Below, in pieces: positions 24,667 through 38,895 of a DNA stretch of 64,000 bases. Position numbers and translations under genes: made by a program. Every line of letters begins with the position of its first letter. Within the stretch, counting starts at the first letter, position 1. The notes below the pieces were generated by a model that saw nothing but the letters and a program-made list of their open reading frames with translations, had not been told where the DNA came from and made no database searches. The stretch comes from Eledone cirrhosa. Lineage: Eukaryota. The stretch lies in contig OZ024740.1 in NCBI GenBank assembly GCA_964016885.1, forward strand, positions 30,628,001 through 30,692,000. Direction: 5' to 3'.

Positions 24667-26937
24667 TTAAACCTTATTTAATGTTGGTCTATATTTTTGA
24701 ATAAACATATTTTCCTTATTTATTCGCATTTGTTCTGTTGTATTGTTAGCGCAAAGGTAAAATGGGAAGACTTGGAATTTGGGTGTCTTATTACTTGCGC
24801 AAATGTCTAGATATGCACTTAGTGGTATCTGTCTCGTGGTTGGATCTCGTAATTGTTGGCGATGAACTGTCATTCTGTTTCTGAGTGTGAGTTTAGTTTG
24901 TCCTATATAATCTTCATTGCATCCTTTACATTTAATGGCATAAAGTAGATTTTTTGATGAGCAAGTGAAGTGATTTTTTACAGTAAAATTTTGTCCTGAT
25001 TTAAATGTATACGTGTTGCCTTCAATGAGGTGAGTGCAGGTTCCACAATTAGAGCGACCACATTTTTTGATACTTAGTTGTGGGTCTGTGGTAGGTAATT
25101 TGGCATTGGTGAGTAATGTTTTCAGTGATTTTGGTTGTCTTTTGCTTTTGATTATTTTGTGTGTTTCAAGGGCTTTTTTCATTCTTGGGTTTTGTTTTAG
25201 TAGTGGAAGGTTATTGTGAATAGTATTGTAAGCTTCCGCATTTCTTGGGTTGTGTGTTGAGATATATGATAGAATATTGGACGTACCTTGAATTTGTTTC
25301 TGTTTCCGTAATTCATCAATGCCTATTGCTTTAGCCCTTTCTATTCCATTATTTATTAGTAATAGTGGGTACTCTCTCTCAAGTAGAATTTCCTTTAATT
25401 CTTGAAGTCTTTTATTTCGCGTTTCATAATTGGAGACAATTGTGCAAATTCTTCTTGCTAGGTTAAAAGGAATGTTCGTCTTCGTGTGCTTTGGATGGTT
25501 GGAGGTGAATAGCAGATATTGTTTGGAATCTGTTGGTTTGTAGTGTATGTCAGTTTCGATATTTGTGTCTTTTTTTGTGATTAAGATGTCCAGAAATGGG
25601 AGTTGATCTTGGCTGTATTCCATTGTGAATTGGATGTGGTTATTGATGCCGTTTATTAAGTTTTTGAAATCCTTCAGTTGGTCGAGTGTGTGGGACCAAA
25701 GAATGAGGCAATCATCCAAGTAGCGTTTCCAATTCTCTGATAAATATTTGTGGAAGTTCAATCCGTATTTTGATTTGGACTGTTCATATATCTGGACTTC
25801 TAAGTATGCCATGACTAAGTTGGCATAAGTTGGAGCGGCTTTTGTGCCCATCGCAGTCCCCGATATTTGCTTGTAAGTATTGCCATCGAAATCAAAAAAG
25901 TTATTCTGTAGGATGAATTTTAATCCCTCGGTGATGAAGCTTTTTTCTATTCTGTCAGGTATCTCATTGGGATATTTCTCTAGCCAGAATCCTATTGCTT
26001 CTAGTCCGTATTGGTGTGGGATCGTTGTGTAGAGATTCACTACATCGAAAGACACAATAATAGTGTCGTTGTTGACATGTTTGGGGAGGTGGTTTAAGAG
26101 GTCCAGATCGTCTCTTACAAGTCTTGGTATGTGTTTCAGTATTGGTTTCAGTAGTATGTCTATAAAGTTGCTCAATCTGTGTGTTTCACATTGTGGGCCC
26201 GCTACAATTGGTCTTAATTTAAGGTCTGTGGGGTATTGTGTGTTCACGCAGGCTGAGCTGGATTGTTTACAGGCATCGTTGATTATTTTACATTTGTGGA
26301 TCTTCGGAAGTCCGTAAAGGTTGCTGGTTTTGTATTAAAAATTTGTTAAATAATCGCGTTCCTTTTTAGTTAGGTCTTCCTGGTATCGATAAATCAGTGT
26401 GTTTAATTTGGTCATTATTTTTGATTGCTGGTAGTTTTTTACTCTATCATAGTAATTAGCATTTTGTAAGAGAGAGAACATAGAATTTTTATATTTTTCA
26501 GCCTCCATAATGACAACAGTACTTCCCTTGTCCGCTTCCTTAATTACAATGTCCGTATTGTTTTTTAGTTCATGGATAATCTCCCATTCCCTTCGACTTG
26601 TGTTGGGTTTGGGTTTAGGTTGCGGTAGTTCATGGTATGGGAAGGTAGCTATGTGGTCACAAAATTTGTTCAGAACTCTGTTTCTATCTTTTGTTGGGTT
26701 GTAGCTGCTTTTATTCCGTACAATTGATTCGTCGTTATTCTCCTTGTCAAAGAATTCCTCTGTGAGACGTAATTTTCTACAGAAGTGTGAGATATCGTCA
26801 TTTATCTCGTTGGGGTTAGGATATTGTGGTGTTGGTGTGAATTTCAGACCTTTGGAGAGAAATTTTACTATTTGGGCTGAGAGGTTTGTATTTGAAATGT
26901 TAATTATTTTCGGTTTTTCAAAATCGGTTTGTGCCAC
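24667..26937 (-). pseudogene. PLE RT + GIY-YIG endonuclease, one frameshift near 26335
   Basis: LSKGLKFTP, ADKG, RPIV, SFDV, GTAMG, RYLDD, KCGRSNCGTC, LYAIKC..C..DYIGQT. Confidence 0.92.
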
Positions 26938-26963
26938 CGGGTGTCGTGAGTCCTGTAGCCTTG

Positions 26964-27025
<62 letters not shown>

Positions 27026-27030
<5 letters not shown>

Positions 27031-27501
27031 TTGTTTTGCGAGGTTTTTTATATGAAATCGTCTGTCGAAACAAATAGTGTTATACTTGGGGAGGGTCATA
27101 TTATTGTAATAATATTGCCAGAATTAATAACAGAACACACTCACTGTTTGGTTGGTTTTTGCTTCTGTATCTTTTATATCAGTTAATTTATTCGGTCCTC
27201 ATTGTTTACCATTGACTGGTCAAAAATACAGATATAATACAACAGGAGGAACATAATAGCACCACTGACGATGTTGCAGATGTGCAACGAAAGAACTTTG
27301 TTAGACTATATATATATATGTGTTTGTGTCTATATTATATCTGTATTTTTGACCGTTGGTCAGTCAATGGTAACATTGAGGACCGAATAAATTAATTTAA
27401 CTGATATAAAAGATGGAGAGGTGAAAACCAACCAAACAGTGAGTGTGTTCTGTTATTAATTCTGGGAATATTATTACAACAATATGACCATCCCTAAGTA
27501 T

Positions 27502-27505
<4 letters not shown>
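27026..27505. repeat. Head-to-head pseudo-LTR pair (family E)
   Basis: 27079-27239 is a diverged inverse of 27332-27505; TA-flanked. Confidence 0.75.
27261..27302 (+). ncRNA. Minimal hammerhead (family E), stem I imperfect
   Basis: acca-CTGACGA-t-gttgca-gatg-tgcaac-GAAAG-aa-CTT-tgtt. Confidence 0.65.
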
Positions 27506-27591
<86 letters not shown>

Positions 27592-27599
<8 letters not shown>

Positions 27600-27670
27600 T
27601 TAGAAATTATAAGCTTTCACCGTATTTTAGTCTAAAATACGGTGAAAGCTTATAATTTCTAATTTCTAAT
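27592..27670. repeat. Perfect 39-bp-arm palindrome containing a possible HHR 3' half (GAAAGCTTA)
   Basis: Centre at 27631; abuts (TA)n. Confidence 0.75.
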
Positions 27671-28086
27671 TTTCAAACTCGCGCACCGTTTCAAAAACAT
27701 ACTTACATGTTTACATTTATAATTTGGTTGTTTATATATATATATATATATATAGTTGTAGTTCCTGTTTGTTTGTTTGTTTGTTCACGAACTCCTATGG
27801 TTTTGGAGATAGACCCCCATAACAATATATATTCTGAAACTACAACTGAAAATGTTTTCCCTTCGATTTATATGAAATTTAAACCATAGGTAAATGACAA
27901 GATATGATGCCTATTCACAAAAGTTTTGAATGGATATTTTGAAAAAAATTATTTACACGAAACAAAATAAGAATAAGATTTAATAATGTAATTTTGATTT
28001 GATATATTACAGAAAATAATGTTTTCCAATTTCTCATGCATTACATTTTACATTGAGTAATATATATATATATATATATAATATAG

Positions 28087-28297
28087 TAATAATAATAATA
28101 ATAATAATAATTGTTTCGACGTTTGGCACAAGGCCAGCAATTACCCAGTGCATTACTGGTACTTTATTTTATCGACCCCATAAGGATGAAAGGCAAAGTT
28201 AACCTCGGTGGGATTTGAACTCAGAATAGCAAGGGCCGTAACTCTATGCGTTAAAGCATGGTGTCCGACCCTCTACCGATACTTCCAATCCACCGCC
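28087..28297 (-). mobile_element. Nin-domain SINE
   Basis: Reverse copy of 12431-12630. Confidence 0.85.
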
Positions 28298-28300
28298 CTT

Positions 28301-28331
<31 letters not shown>

Positions 28332-28759
28332 TGTAGGGTGTGTGTATATGTGTACTTTGTGTTTTGGGGACGTACGTCTGCGTACATATGTGTATTTACA
28401 TGTAGGTATGTGTGTGCGCGCGTTATATACGTATTTATTTATTTATATACGTTTATTTAATTATGTGTATACACGCACACACACACATATATATATATTT
28501 TTTTAATATATATATTTTTATGTGCATTTGGTGTATACGTTCGTATGTGTGCGGGTACAGGCGTTGCGTGGGTGCTGTATGTGCGTGCGGGTTTTTTTGT
28601 GTACGTGCTTGTATGTGTATAACCATGGCGAGAGTTTTGCGAATGCTTGTGCTTGTACGTATATGGACGTGTGTATGTATATATTTAATTTCAATTACCT
28701 CTGTATTTTATTTACTTTATTCTTAACTCTGGAGCCGAGGATCATTCGGTTTCCTAGAT

Positions 28760-29040
28760 AGAATTTTAGTCTACGACTTCAGTTATACCATTTACGTGGT
28801 TTTGTCTTTGCGTGTAATTGTTCTCTTTGCTCCACATAATGACGTATTATCTTCGTTTTTTCTGTTCATTGCCAGAGAACGTCTCCATGAACCGCCTAAT
28901 AGAATATTAGTCTACGACTTAATTTATACCATAAACGTGGTTTTGTCTTCGCGTGTAATTGTTTTTCACCGCTCCAAATAATGACGTATTATATTCGTTT
29001 TTTTTTTCTGTTCTTTGCCAGGGAACGTTTCCACGAACCA
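28760..29040. repeat. Two diverged tandem copies of a ~142-bp unit
   Basis: agtctacgactt...ttataccat..acgtggttttgtctt.gcgtgtaattg repeated. Confidence 0.7.
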
Positions 29041-29189
29041 AAGTATCGTCTTCCTGTCTTGCTTCGGTTGCGACGTTTTTTGAAATATTTACTTCTGCGT
29101 TCACAGATTGACTTTTTTAGTTTCAGAAGATCCCGTTAAGGGTGAAAGCAGCGATTATTTGCTTAAACTTTAATCTGTTATTTTAATAA

Positions 29190-29254
<65 letters not shown>

Positions 29255-29258
<4 letters not shown>

Positions 29259-29711
29259 GCGAAATCTGTCCACGCCTTGAACCCTGGGTGACACCTAAAA
29301 GTCAAATTCTAGGTCAGCATCCTTTTCGGTGTGGACAGGTTCATGCGTAGGCGATCCCTCAAGGTGGGAGAGAGAAAGCGACAGGTATATAAAGCCTGTA
29401 TATTCCCACGTTTTATACAGAGCGATCGGAGCAGTACGCTATTACAAACTATGGGAAAGACTCACCGCTACCTTCAAGCCACAGAGGTCTACAGACCATT
29501 ACTCTCCTCTCTCTCTCTCTTGGTCGCAGACTATACCAGCCTCATGAACCAACAACAAAATAACATTGTCAACCTTCGCAACTCGTGGTAACTTGTTTAT
29601 TGTTCTTTTTGACTGAAGTGGAGTAAACCTTTATATATGAAGCAAATCGCTTTTCATGTTATTACATTAACTACTAAAATTCCTTCGTTAAATTGGTGAA
29701 CGCGACGTGAT
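29255..29711 (+). mobile_element. LTR plus tRNA-Trp primer-binding site of a second LTR element
   Basis: Starts tgtagcgaa, ends ttcgttaaa, TATA near 29386; tggtgaacgcgacgtgat (29694-29711) matches TGGTGACCCCGACGTGAT at 16/18. Confidence 0.7.
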
Positions 29712-29784
29712 TTTAAAAAAAACAAAAAACGAAGTGGTATTTAAAAAAAAAAAGAAATCAACACGCAACCCTTTTTCAACATGG

Positions 29785-29830
<46 letters not shown>

Positions 29831-30148
29831 CTGTCGCCAATATTTTACTCAGATGTATTTTATGAAATATAATTAAGATCCTCGTTGCCAGGCGTCAACG
29901 TTATGTCTAACTGATAACATGAGAAATACCGTGAAGCCAGCGTAATCCGACCCACTGAAGTTTGTAAATACTTAGTCATATGCTTTATTCACTACAACTA
30001 TGAATTGTGCAATAGATAAAATGGAATGGGTTGGGCGCTATAGCTTTCCTATACATAGATCTTATATTTTGCACACACACGCGCATATGTATGTATGTAA
30101 GTATATACATACCTACACACACTAACAATTGAGCACATGCATATATAA

Positions 30149-30257
<109 letters not shown>

Positions 30258-30708
30258 CTATTAATAATGAGTTCAAAACTCAGGCAGTCCTTTACAATGA
30301 AATAGCTCAGAGAAAGAAGTATTTCTGAGCCGTGTAATACAAGTTAATATAAATTAATATATTTGATAAACACAAATACCAACATATCTGTGTTTGTATT
30401 GTAAATGACTAAGTTAGCTAGATTGAAAAATACTAATTATAATAATACAGTTTGCTTGTCTCGATTTAAAATAATAAATCAATAAAAACAAAGCATATTG
30501 GCAAATGGCCGTGGTGCTTGGACAAATTTAAATTTCAAAATCAAACCTGTTCCGTAGACAGGTTTAAACCTTAAAATCCAAATAAGTTTCGAAAAATGAA
30601 AAAGTGAAAGAATACCGCATTTAGATCTCCTCAGCAAGCACTAGAAAAATTGGTATGTTTCACTTCAAAATATTTAAAAAGACTGTTTAACGCACATGGT
30701 TTTTCAAA

Positions 30709-31385
<677 letters not shown>

Positions 31386-31629
31386 TGATTATATATATAT
31401 ATATATAATTTCAGCGAGATCGAATTTCGGCAGTGGCCGAAAACAAAGCGAAACGCAATTTCCGAGTTATGCGGCAAGCGCTCCATGGACTAGAAAGAGA
31501 GCAGAACAATAAACATAGGTTATAGAGGTCAAACAAACTGAGAATGGCGGTCAAGAAGCCTTCAGCCACCTAAGCCAAAAAAACGAAGCAAGCTAAACAG
31601 GTCAAACAAAAGAATATATATAAATATAT

Positions 31630-31718
<89 letters not shown>

Positions 31719-31731
31719 TGTATATATGTAC

Positions 31732-31834
<103 letters not shown>

Positions 31835-31955
31835 TGTGTATGTGTGTGTGTATGTGTGTGTGTGTGTGTGTGTTGTACAAGAGTGTTCTTTATCTTAGTT
31901 GTTACGTAGTAACTTCTAAATGATAATCTCTACACGTCATCTGGCAGGAAGGTAT

Positions 31956-31998
31956 ACGGTACTGACGATAGCTAATAAGCTTGAAACTAGTACATCGT
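31956..31998 (+). ncRNA. Minimal hammerhead (family B), stem I mismatch
   Basis: acggta-CTGACGA-tagctaataagctt-GAAAC-ta-GTA-catcgt. Confidence 0.75.
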
Positions 31999-32221
31999 TC
32001 CTTTGTCAGTGTTGAACAAAAGGGCAACGATGGTTGCTAAACACTGTACGGCTTAATTCGGAATGTTTGTTTACAAACAGACCGAGCATTATAATAAATG
32101 TTCGGTCCATATATATATATTTATGTGTGTGTGTGTGTATGTATGTGTATGTATGTATGTTTGTATATGTGTATGTGTGTGTATATGTATGTATATATAT
32201 ATATATATATATGTGTATATC

Positions 32222-32276
32222 TGTTAGAACACGAAAAGTGTGAAACAACAGAATGTTCACTTTTCGTGTTCTAACA
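32222..32276. repeat. Small inverted repeat
   Basis: tgttagaacacgaaaagtg ... cacttttcgtgttctaaca. Confidence 0.8.
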
Positions 32277-32370
32277 TATATGCCTAGCTTCTTCATAAAT
32301 TTTTCGGGGATAGCCGTGGTGGTGGTGATCGTATGTCAATGGCTAATTTTCAACCAATCAGAGTAAGTGT

Positions 32371-32432
<62 letters not shown>

Positions 32433-32436
32433 TATT

Positions 32437-32730
32437 CCCCCTCTCTCTATATATATCTTACGCTTTCGCTTTACACTCCTCCCCTTCAATAACACATTTC
32501 CCCCTCTCTATATATCTCTTCCACTGTTACTTACGCCTGTTTCTCTCTATCTGTTCCGTCTCTATATATATCTCTCTTACTCTTTCGCTTTGCACTCCTC
32601 CCCTTCAATACCATCTCTCCCCCTCTCTATATATTTGTTACTCTATCGCTGCACGCTCCTCTCCTTCAATATATCAATTACACACGCTTTACACTCCTTT
32701 ATCCCCAACGCCCCTATATACACACCCCCC
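32437..32730. repeat. Degenerate ~60-bp pyrimidine-rich minisatellite
   Basis: Recurring cccctctctatatat...tttcgcttt(a/g)cactcctccccttcaata. Confidence 0.65.
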
Positions 32731-33104
32731 TCCCGCATCTATATTTTAATGTTCCGTTGCACCGTGAATATATGTGTCTATATATATATATACATATATA
32801 TTGTATATACACATTCATGTATGTGTATACACACTCATGTATGTATATACACTGGTTTTATGTGTGTATTGTAAATTTGTACTGTTAAAACACGAAACTA
32901 ACATTCGATTGACACTTTGATTACCTGTACAGGCAATAGTTATTAGAATGCTGTTGAAGTGTGTATATATTTTGGGGGGACATCCTGTATATACACACAT
33001 TATATATAATACAATAAACAGATAAATACACACATATATATATGAGCTTATTTAATTATAAATATTGTGAATTTTTAACTCAGTTCAATTATATATATAA
33101 ATGG

Positions 33105-33147
33105 CTTCTACAGGACTAGAACTGTTTCATTCGAAAGAAATCATCAT
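33105..33147 (-). ncRNA. Damaged hammerhead homologous to 46757-46805
   Basis: ATGATGA-t-ttc-tttc-gaa-t-GAAACAG-ttctagtc-CTGTA-gaag. Confidence 0.6.
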
Positions 33148-33764
33148 AATATTGAGAGGGGGGACTAGATAAAATATTTCAAATCAAATGTGTATAAGTT
33201 ATAAGTTAAAATGTATAAATAGAGACGATAGTGGAGGTATATCTGTTTAGTGGAACAGTAGACGATAGAATTAAATACAGACGAGAATCTCCCTTTAATG
33301 AAACAGCAGACGATAGAATTAAGGCAATTTAAATTTTAAACATTTGCATTTTTGCCTTTCATCGTTACGGGGTCGATAAAATAAAGTACCAGTAATACAC
33401 TGTCACTATAAGTAGACGACTTTCAAATTGAATTGTTGGTTCCATTTCTTTAGTATTTTCAATTGTAGTTATCTACTTAAAAAGCGTTACACGGTTAGAG
33501 ACATAATTGGTAAGTTATATCTTCCCTATTAAACCATTGCATTATTTCGCCTACAATAGAACAAAAATGAAATGTTCTTTAAAGAAACAGGAATATAATT
33601 TTATAAAAAAAAAAGTTGCATCCGCTTCTTTTATCATTGATAATTTTTTCGTTTTAATATTAATTGTTTTTTGTAGTTGTTTATATTAAAAATCTTACTG
33701 TAATATTTACTTAAACGAAGGCAGACATCTAAACTTATAGATTAATCTTGAGCGAAGGACTAGA

Positions 33765-33796
<32 letters not shown>

Positions 33797-33799
<3 letters not shown>

Positions 33800-33990
33800 G
33801 AAGAATGATAACATTTCAAGCAAAGAGTTTAATTAGGTAATGACTTACAAATTTGTTTCAGTATATATTTAATATAATATTATTAACTAATTATTATAAT
33901 TAGCGCTTCAGGCTTTGTCTATATACTGAAACAAATTTGTAAGTCATTACCTAATTAAACTCTTTGCTTGAAATTTTATCACTCTTCGTT
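33797..33990. repeat. ~70-bp inverted repeat carrying an HHR 3' half (GAAAC-aaattt-GTA)
   Basis: Arms 33797-33867 and 33921-33990. Confidence 0.7.
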
Positions 33991-34270
33991 TTGAATTTCT
34001 CCTAAGTATTCAATACTCTGTTGAGAAATACATTTTACATAAACAGTCTTTGTACCATTTATACGGTATTAATTACTTATATTTATATATATATATATAT
34101 ATAGCGTATGATTAGAACTGTGTTTATTATTAATATTTTAATGGATTTAATGAAAAATTTTAGGTGTTCATATATATATTCTAAAAATGCGCGAAATCGT
34201 GAATCCGCGATAGTTGAACCGCCAAGTAGCGAGGTATCACTGTATATATGTTTAAATATATAGTGTAGCT

Positions 34271-34735
34271 GTGATGTATCTCGCGAGTGAATCGAGACCT
34301 GTCACTGATTTTGGTGTCCCCACTGCCGATGTGAATGAGCAACGCTGCACTTGTGAATTGGGTCTTGATGTTGCAGGCAGTTCATATACTTACAATGATG
34401 CGGTCCCACAAGCTTGTTCACATTCCTGTGCTAATAATCTAGATGGGCGTATTAAATTGGATGTGAAAGCAGCTTACCGGATGCGGAATCGGGAGAAGTT
34501 GAGACAAAAACAGGCCGATTATAGAGCTGTGAATTTTGCTAAATTAACACAAAAACAGGCCAAGTATAGATGTTCAAAACGGTATGAGTTGGCAAACAAG
34601 CAGGCCAAGTATAGATCTGCAAATTCAGCTATTATATCTCAAAAGCAAGCCGAGCGTAGAGCTTCTAAACGTACCGAGTTGGCTAAAGAGCAGACCAAGT
34701 ACAGATCTGCAAATATCTTATTGCACAAACAATAA
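34271..34735 (+). other. ORF remnant with five 15-aa basic repeats; possibly a transposon (Helitron-like) N-terminus
   Basis: xKQAKYRS.. repeats with 45-bp period; ends next to a SINE. Confidence 0.35.
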
Positions 34736-34761
34736 TTCTGCACAAATGTTGCTCCATTATT

Positions 34762-34942
34762 TTGGCAGTATTGGTAGAGGGTCGGATGCCATGCTTTCCA
34801 GCATAGTTACGTCCCTTTACGATCTGAGTTCAAATCCTGCCGAGGTTGACTTTGCCTTTCATCCTTACGGGGTAGATAAAATAAAGTACCAGTAATGCAC
34901 TGGGTAATTGCTGGCCTTGTGCCTAAAGTAGAAACAATTATT
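34762..34942 (+). mobile_element. Nin-domain SINE
   Basis: Same family as 12431; an older copy lies at about 36250-36420. Confidence 0.85.
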
Positions 34943-35125
34943 AGATCTAATGTTGCAACGATACAGTTAAATGTTGTCTGTGTATTTTAAAAAAGATTTG
35001 CTTATAATCTTTTCAAATTTCATTACGCCAATGATTCAAGCTCAAATTGACATTATCTAAAAAATTGTACAAACAGCGGTGGATTAGCAGTAGTGAACAG
35101 ATAAATCAGTCAATTTATTAAGATT

Positions 35126-35780
35126 GACTTGGCATCAATCAGCAAGACCTTCATTAGCTGCTCTCCAGCCATCTATTTAAAGCTGTATACATCTATGGTA
35201 CGAATACACTTGGAGTTCGCGTCATCAGTCTGGAACCCCTATCTTGCTCAGAACATTGACCTCCTGGAAACTGTTCAGAGACATGCAACCAAGCGCATAC
35301 CCTCCATCAGACACCTACCATACCCTGAATATTTTGCTTCCCTCTGGCAATAGACTTGGTAAACACCCACAAAGTTATTAACCATCCGACCAACAACAAC
35401 CCCGAACACCTTTTTGATCTCCATGTGTCTAACACGTGGACATGCCTACAAAGTCAGAAAACAACACAGCTCCCATGACTTTAGGAAATATTTCTTCATG
35501 CTCAGAGTTGCTGAAGGATGGAACAAACTTCCTGCATCAGTTGTTAGCTGATGACACACTGCATCCTTTAAAACCATCATACATTCCGAAATACACCAAA
35601 ACTACACCTGATGTCCCCCTTCCATACACATGCACATATGTGTATATCATGACTCATGCACTGTTCTTTTTTCCTGACGTTTTTATATTACCCTATGTAT
35701 TATATATGCACTTTTGATGAGTTGTAGTGCACCTCAGCATTGTACACAATATTTTCATTATTATTATCATTATTATTATT
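35126..35780 (+). pseudogene. CR1/L2-group LINE 3' fragment
   Basis: LYTSMVRIHLEFASSVWNP...LETVQRHATK; (ATT)n tail. Confidence 0.8.
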
Positions 35781-36969
35781 ACACTCATTGATCCATTTTA
35801 CACTAACTCTGCATCAAGCACCCTCACCTAAATATTAACCAATCAAGGATCCAATACAGCTATCTGTTGGATGAGTATTGTATAGTGCCAAAAACGAAAC
35901 CAATCAGTTTAGCAGAAAGTTTCCAGACAAGAAACACGCATATTTTGCTATCCTCAAACACGTTTACACATGGCATGAAATATAACTAATCCGAGATGGC
36001 TAGGTTTCATCTTCTAATTGGATATACGAAATCCATTATGTCTTGACAACAACACGAGGTAACATTATGTTATTCACAGACACACTTTGTACACTGTTCC
36101 ATATCAGAATGTATTTCCTTCGTCACATTCACAAACAGTATTGAAAATATGTTCTTCGGCAAATAAAAATGTTTTGTTCATAATATTTCAACTAGCGATT
36201 GCTCTACTCCACGCACGACCACCATAAATTAATGACCAGCTCAACACAAGTATTGGTAGAGCGTCAGACACCATGCTTTGCAGTATTGTTATGGTCCTTT
36301 GCATTCTAAGTTCAAATCCTGCCGAGGTTAACTTCGACTTTCATACTTACTAATTCGATAAAATAAAGTACCAGTAATGGACTGCCGTAATGGATTTGTG
36401 CCGAAAAATAGAACTATTAATGTGCAATAAGAGCAAAATATAACGACATTGCTCAATTATTTTATCTAATGTTGTAATAACACAAGGAAATGTTGTTTGT
36501 GTATTTTTTTTTATATTTGCTCATAGGCTTTTACAATTTCGCTCAGCCAACAACTATTAAAAAGTGAGTTGCTTAAGATAACAATTTAATCACAAATTGT
36601 TGCTATCTTTTAATACACTCCAACAAGTCATCAAATTATGTACAATAAAAACAAATCTTATTAATTTGCTCAGGGAATATAAAGAAAATGTATATACACT
36701 GATAATTGCAATTGTATGTAAATATTTTGTTTTTGTATTGTTTATTTTATGTTTTCTATTATGTATAATATATTGATTTAATATTGATTGTTTTTTGTAG
36801 TTGTTTATATTAAAAGTCTGAAAATATTTTTATACATCTTACACTAATATTTATAAGATAATTTATAATAACAATTACATAATCTAATTACATTACAACG
36901 ATAATTTATTATTAATATATATCCTGTTTAACTAGAGTTATTACAAGCGTTGCCTTAAAAAAATATTAA

Positions 36970-37926
36970 ACTAGACATGAAAAATGCGCAAGCTCAAAAG
37001 TGCCACAGAATGTTATAATAAACCTTCAAAAGTGTGGGACTAGAGTTGTTGCTAAAAAATATTGTAATCATTATATATCGTACATTCTGTGGCATCCTTT
37101 ATAAAAATAGCTTAAACCAACGAAGCCTTTATTTTTACGCTATTTCACTTAGTTAATTCTTAGAGTGTAACATATAAAAATAAATACATCTATGTTTAAT
37201 GTAATAACAGCTATAAATAATTACGTAATATTATTATCATATACTCATAGTAACAAAATAATTGTGTTGAAAATTAATATGATGCTTATATGAACGATCA
37301 AATCTATAATGATAATTTCTTAAATATACTAATAGTAAAATAATTTAATTATCTATTGTTACATTTTCATAGAACTATAATATTAACAATCGTATTGCAT
37401 TATCAAATTTTTATCACTACAAACTTTCATATTGGAATTACCTTAAGCCACTTATTATTACTTCGCTTTCGTACTTTTACAGCTGTAGATATTGCGCTGT
37501 ATCTTATATCTAATATCAATATCTCATGGTAATTTGCATGCAGTGTAAAATAGGTTTATTAATAACTTTAATATGAAATGTATTATACAGGGCTGCGGAG
37601 TCGGCCAAAAATTGACTGGCTCCAACTCAGGATCCGATACTCCATTATTTCCTAAATTTCAGCTCCGCAGCTCTGTTATTATATTAATTAATTTATTTTA
37701 TAGTTGTAAATCATATTTTTATATGTTACACTCTAAGAATTAACTAAGTGAAATAGCGTAAAAATAAAGGCTTCGTTGGTTTAAGCTATTTTTATAAAGG
37801 ATGCCACAGAATGTACGATATATAATGATTACAATATCTTTTAGCAACAACTCTAGTCCCACACTTTTGAAGGTTTATTATAACATTCTGTGGCACTTTT
37901 GAGCTTGCGCATTTTTCATGTCTAGT
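36970..37926. mobile_element. Non-autonomous element with 213-bp terminal inverted repeats
   Basis: Arms 36970-37182 and 37714-37926, one mismatch seen. Confidence 0.8.
37588..37675. mobile_element. Tiny hAT-like MITE
   Basis: TIR cagggctgcggag/ctccgcagctctg; 8-bp TSD gtattata/ttattata. Confidence 0.7.
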
Positions 37927-37939
37927 ATATGTATGTATG

Positions 37940-37999
<60 letters not shown>

Positions 38000-38065
38000 C
38001 GTGTGTGTGTGCGTATAGGTGTATATATATATATATATGTGTGTATATGTATATGTATATATATA

Positions 38066-38728
38066 TTGGAAAATGTGTGTAATCCTTGGTACAGTTAGGT
38101 ATATTAAGACAGGGGGGAAGAAAAAATGGCTTCACTTGTGCTTTCAACAAATTTATTTTCTTCACAAAATCCAAAAAGAATTTTTCTTAAAAAAAATTAT
38201 TTTATAAATTAAGTTGTTGGTTGTTGGTTAGGTCTTAGGAGTTCTTGGTTAACGTAGTAGGTCTTAGGAGTTCTTGGTTAACGTAGGAGGTATTGTTTCG
38301 TTTTTAGAAAGACCTTTCACGCTGAGGTGCGCTTGTCAAACTGATGTGTATGTGGTGTGTTGTTCTATATATAGGGATTTAACATGTCTGTGGTGTGGTA
38401 GGGGTTTCTTTTCTCCCCCTTTAATAAGTGCATGGGTGTAGGTGTGTTGAAAAAGTGTTCATAGCAGTAATGAGTTGAGACGGTGAGTAGGGTTGGGTGG
38501 GGAGAAACTTAGCAAGTGCGGCCTGCCCCGGTCATTCTCGAAAAATTCCTTTATTCAGGGGAAAAAGCTTTTAGCATCGCTTTTGTGTTGAGAATGGTCA
38601 CAGGCAAATCGCACCTGTCAAGCTTGTGAATAATTATTATTTTTTTCGTTTTTCCTGAAGAATCTTTCTACGTCCAACCCTACTCACCATCTCAACTCAT
38701 TACTGCTATGAACACTTTTTCAACACAC
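38066..38728. repeat. PLE 3'-UTR-like repeat with 55-bp inverted duplication
   Basis: 38442-38496 inverse of 38673-38728; start homologous to about 51520-51590 and 51860-52030. Confidence 0.55.
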
Positions 38729-38816
38729 ATTTTTCGGCCTTTTGGATCTGTGCTAGCTGGCAGATAACAATATATTTTATCGTTCCTGGGTCTTTAGCCC
38801 TAGGAAAAGAAAATGC

Positions 38817-38895
38817 TTCTCTGATGAGCTTTGATTTTCCATTAGAAATCCATTGGATTTCTGGTGTTTTACAAAGCGAAACCGATCGGTAAGGG
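38817..38895 (+). ncRNA. Hammerhead ribozyme (family A); predicted cut after 38891
   Basis: ttct-CTGATGA-gctttg..caaagc-GAAAC-cgatcg-GTA-aggg. Confidence 0.85.

Larger units (their letters stand above)
23448..26966 (-). mobile_element. Neptune-like PLE, near full length, (TA)n on both sides
   Basis: Coding region, long 3' UTR and HHR; terminal ~110 bp also present reversed at 50180-50292. Confidence 0.85.
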
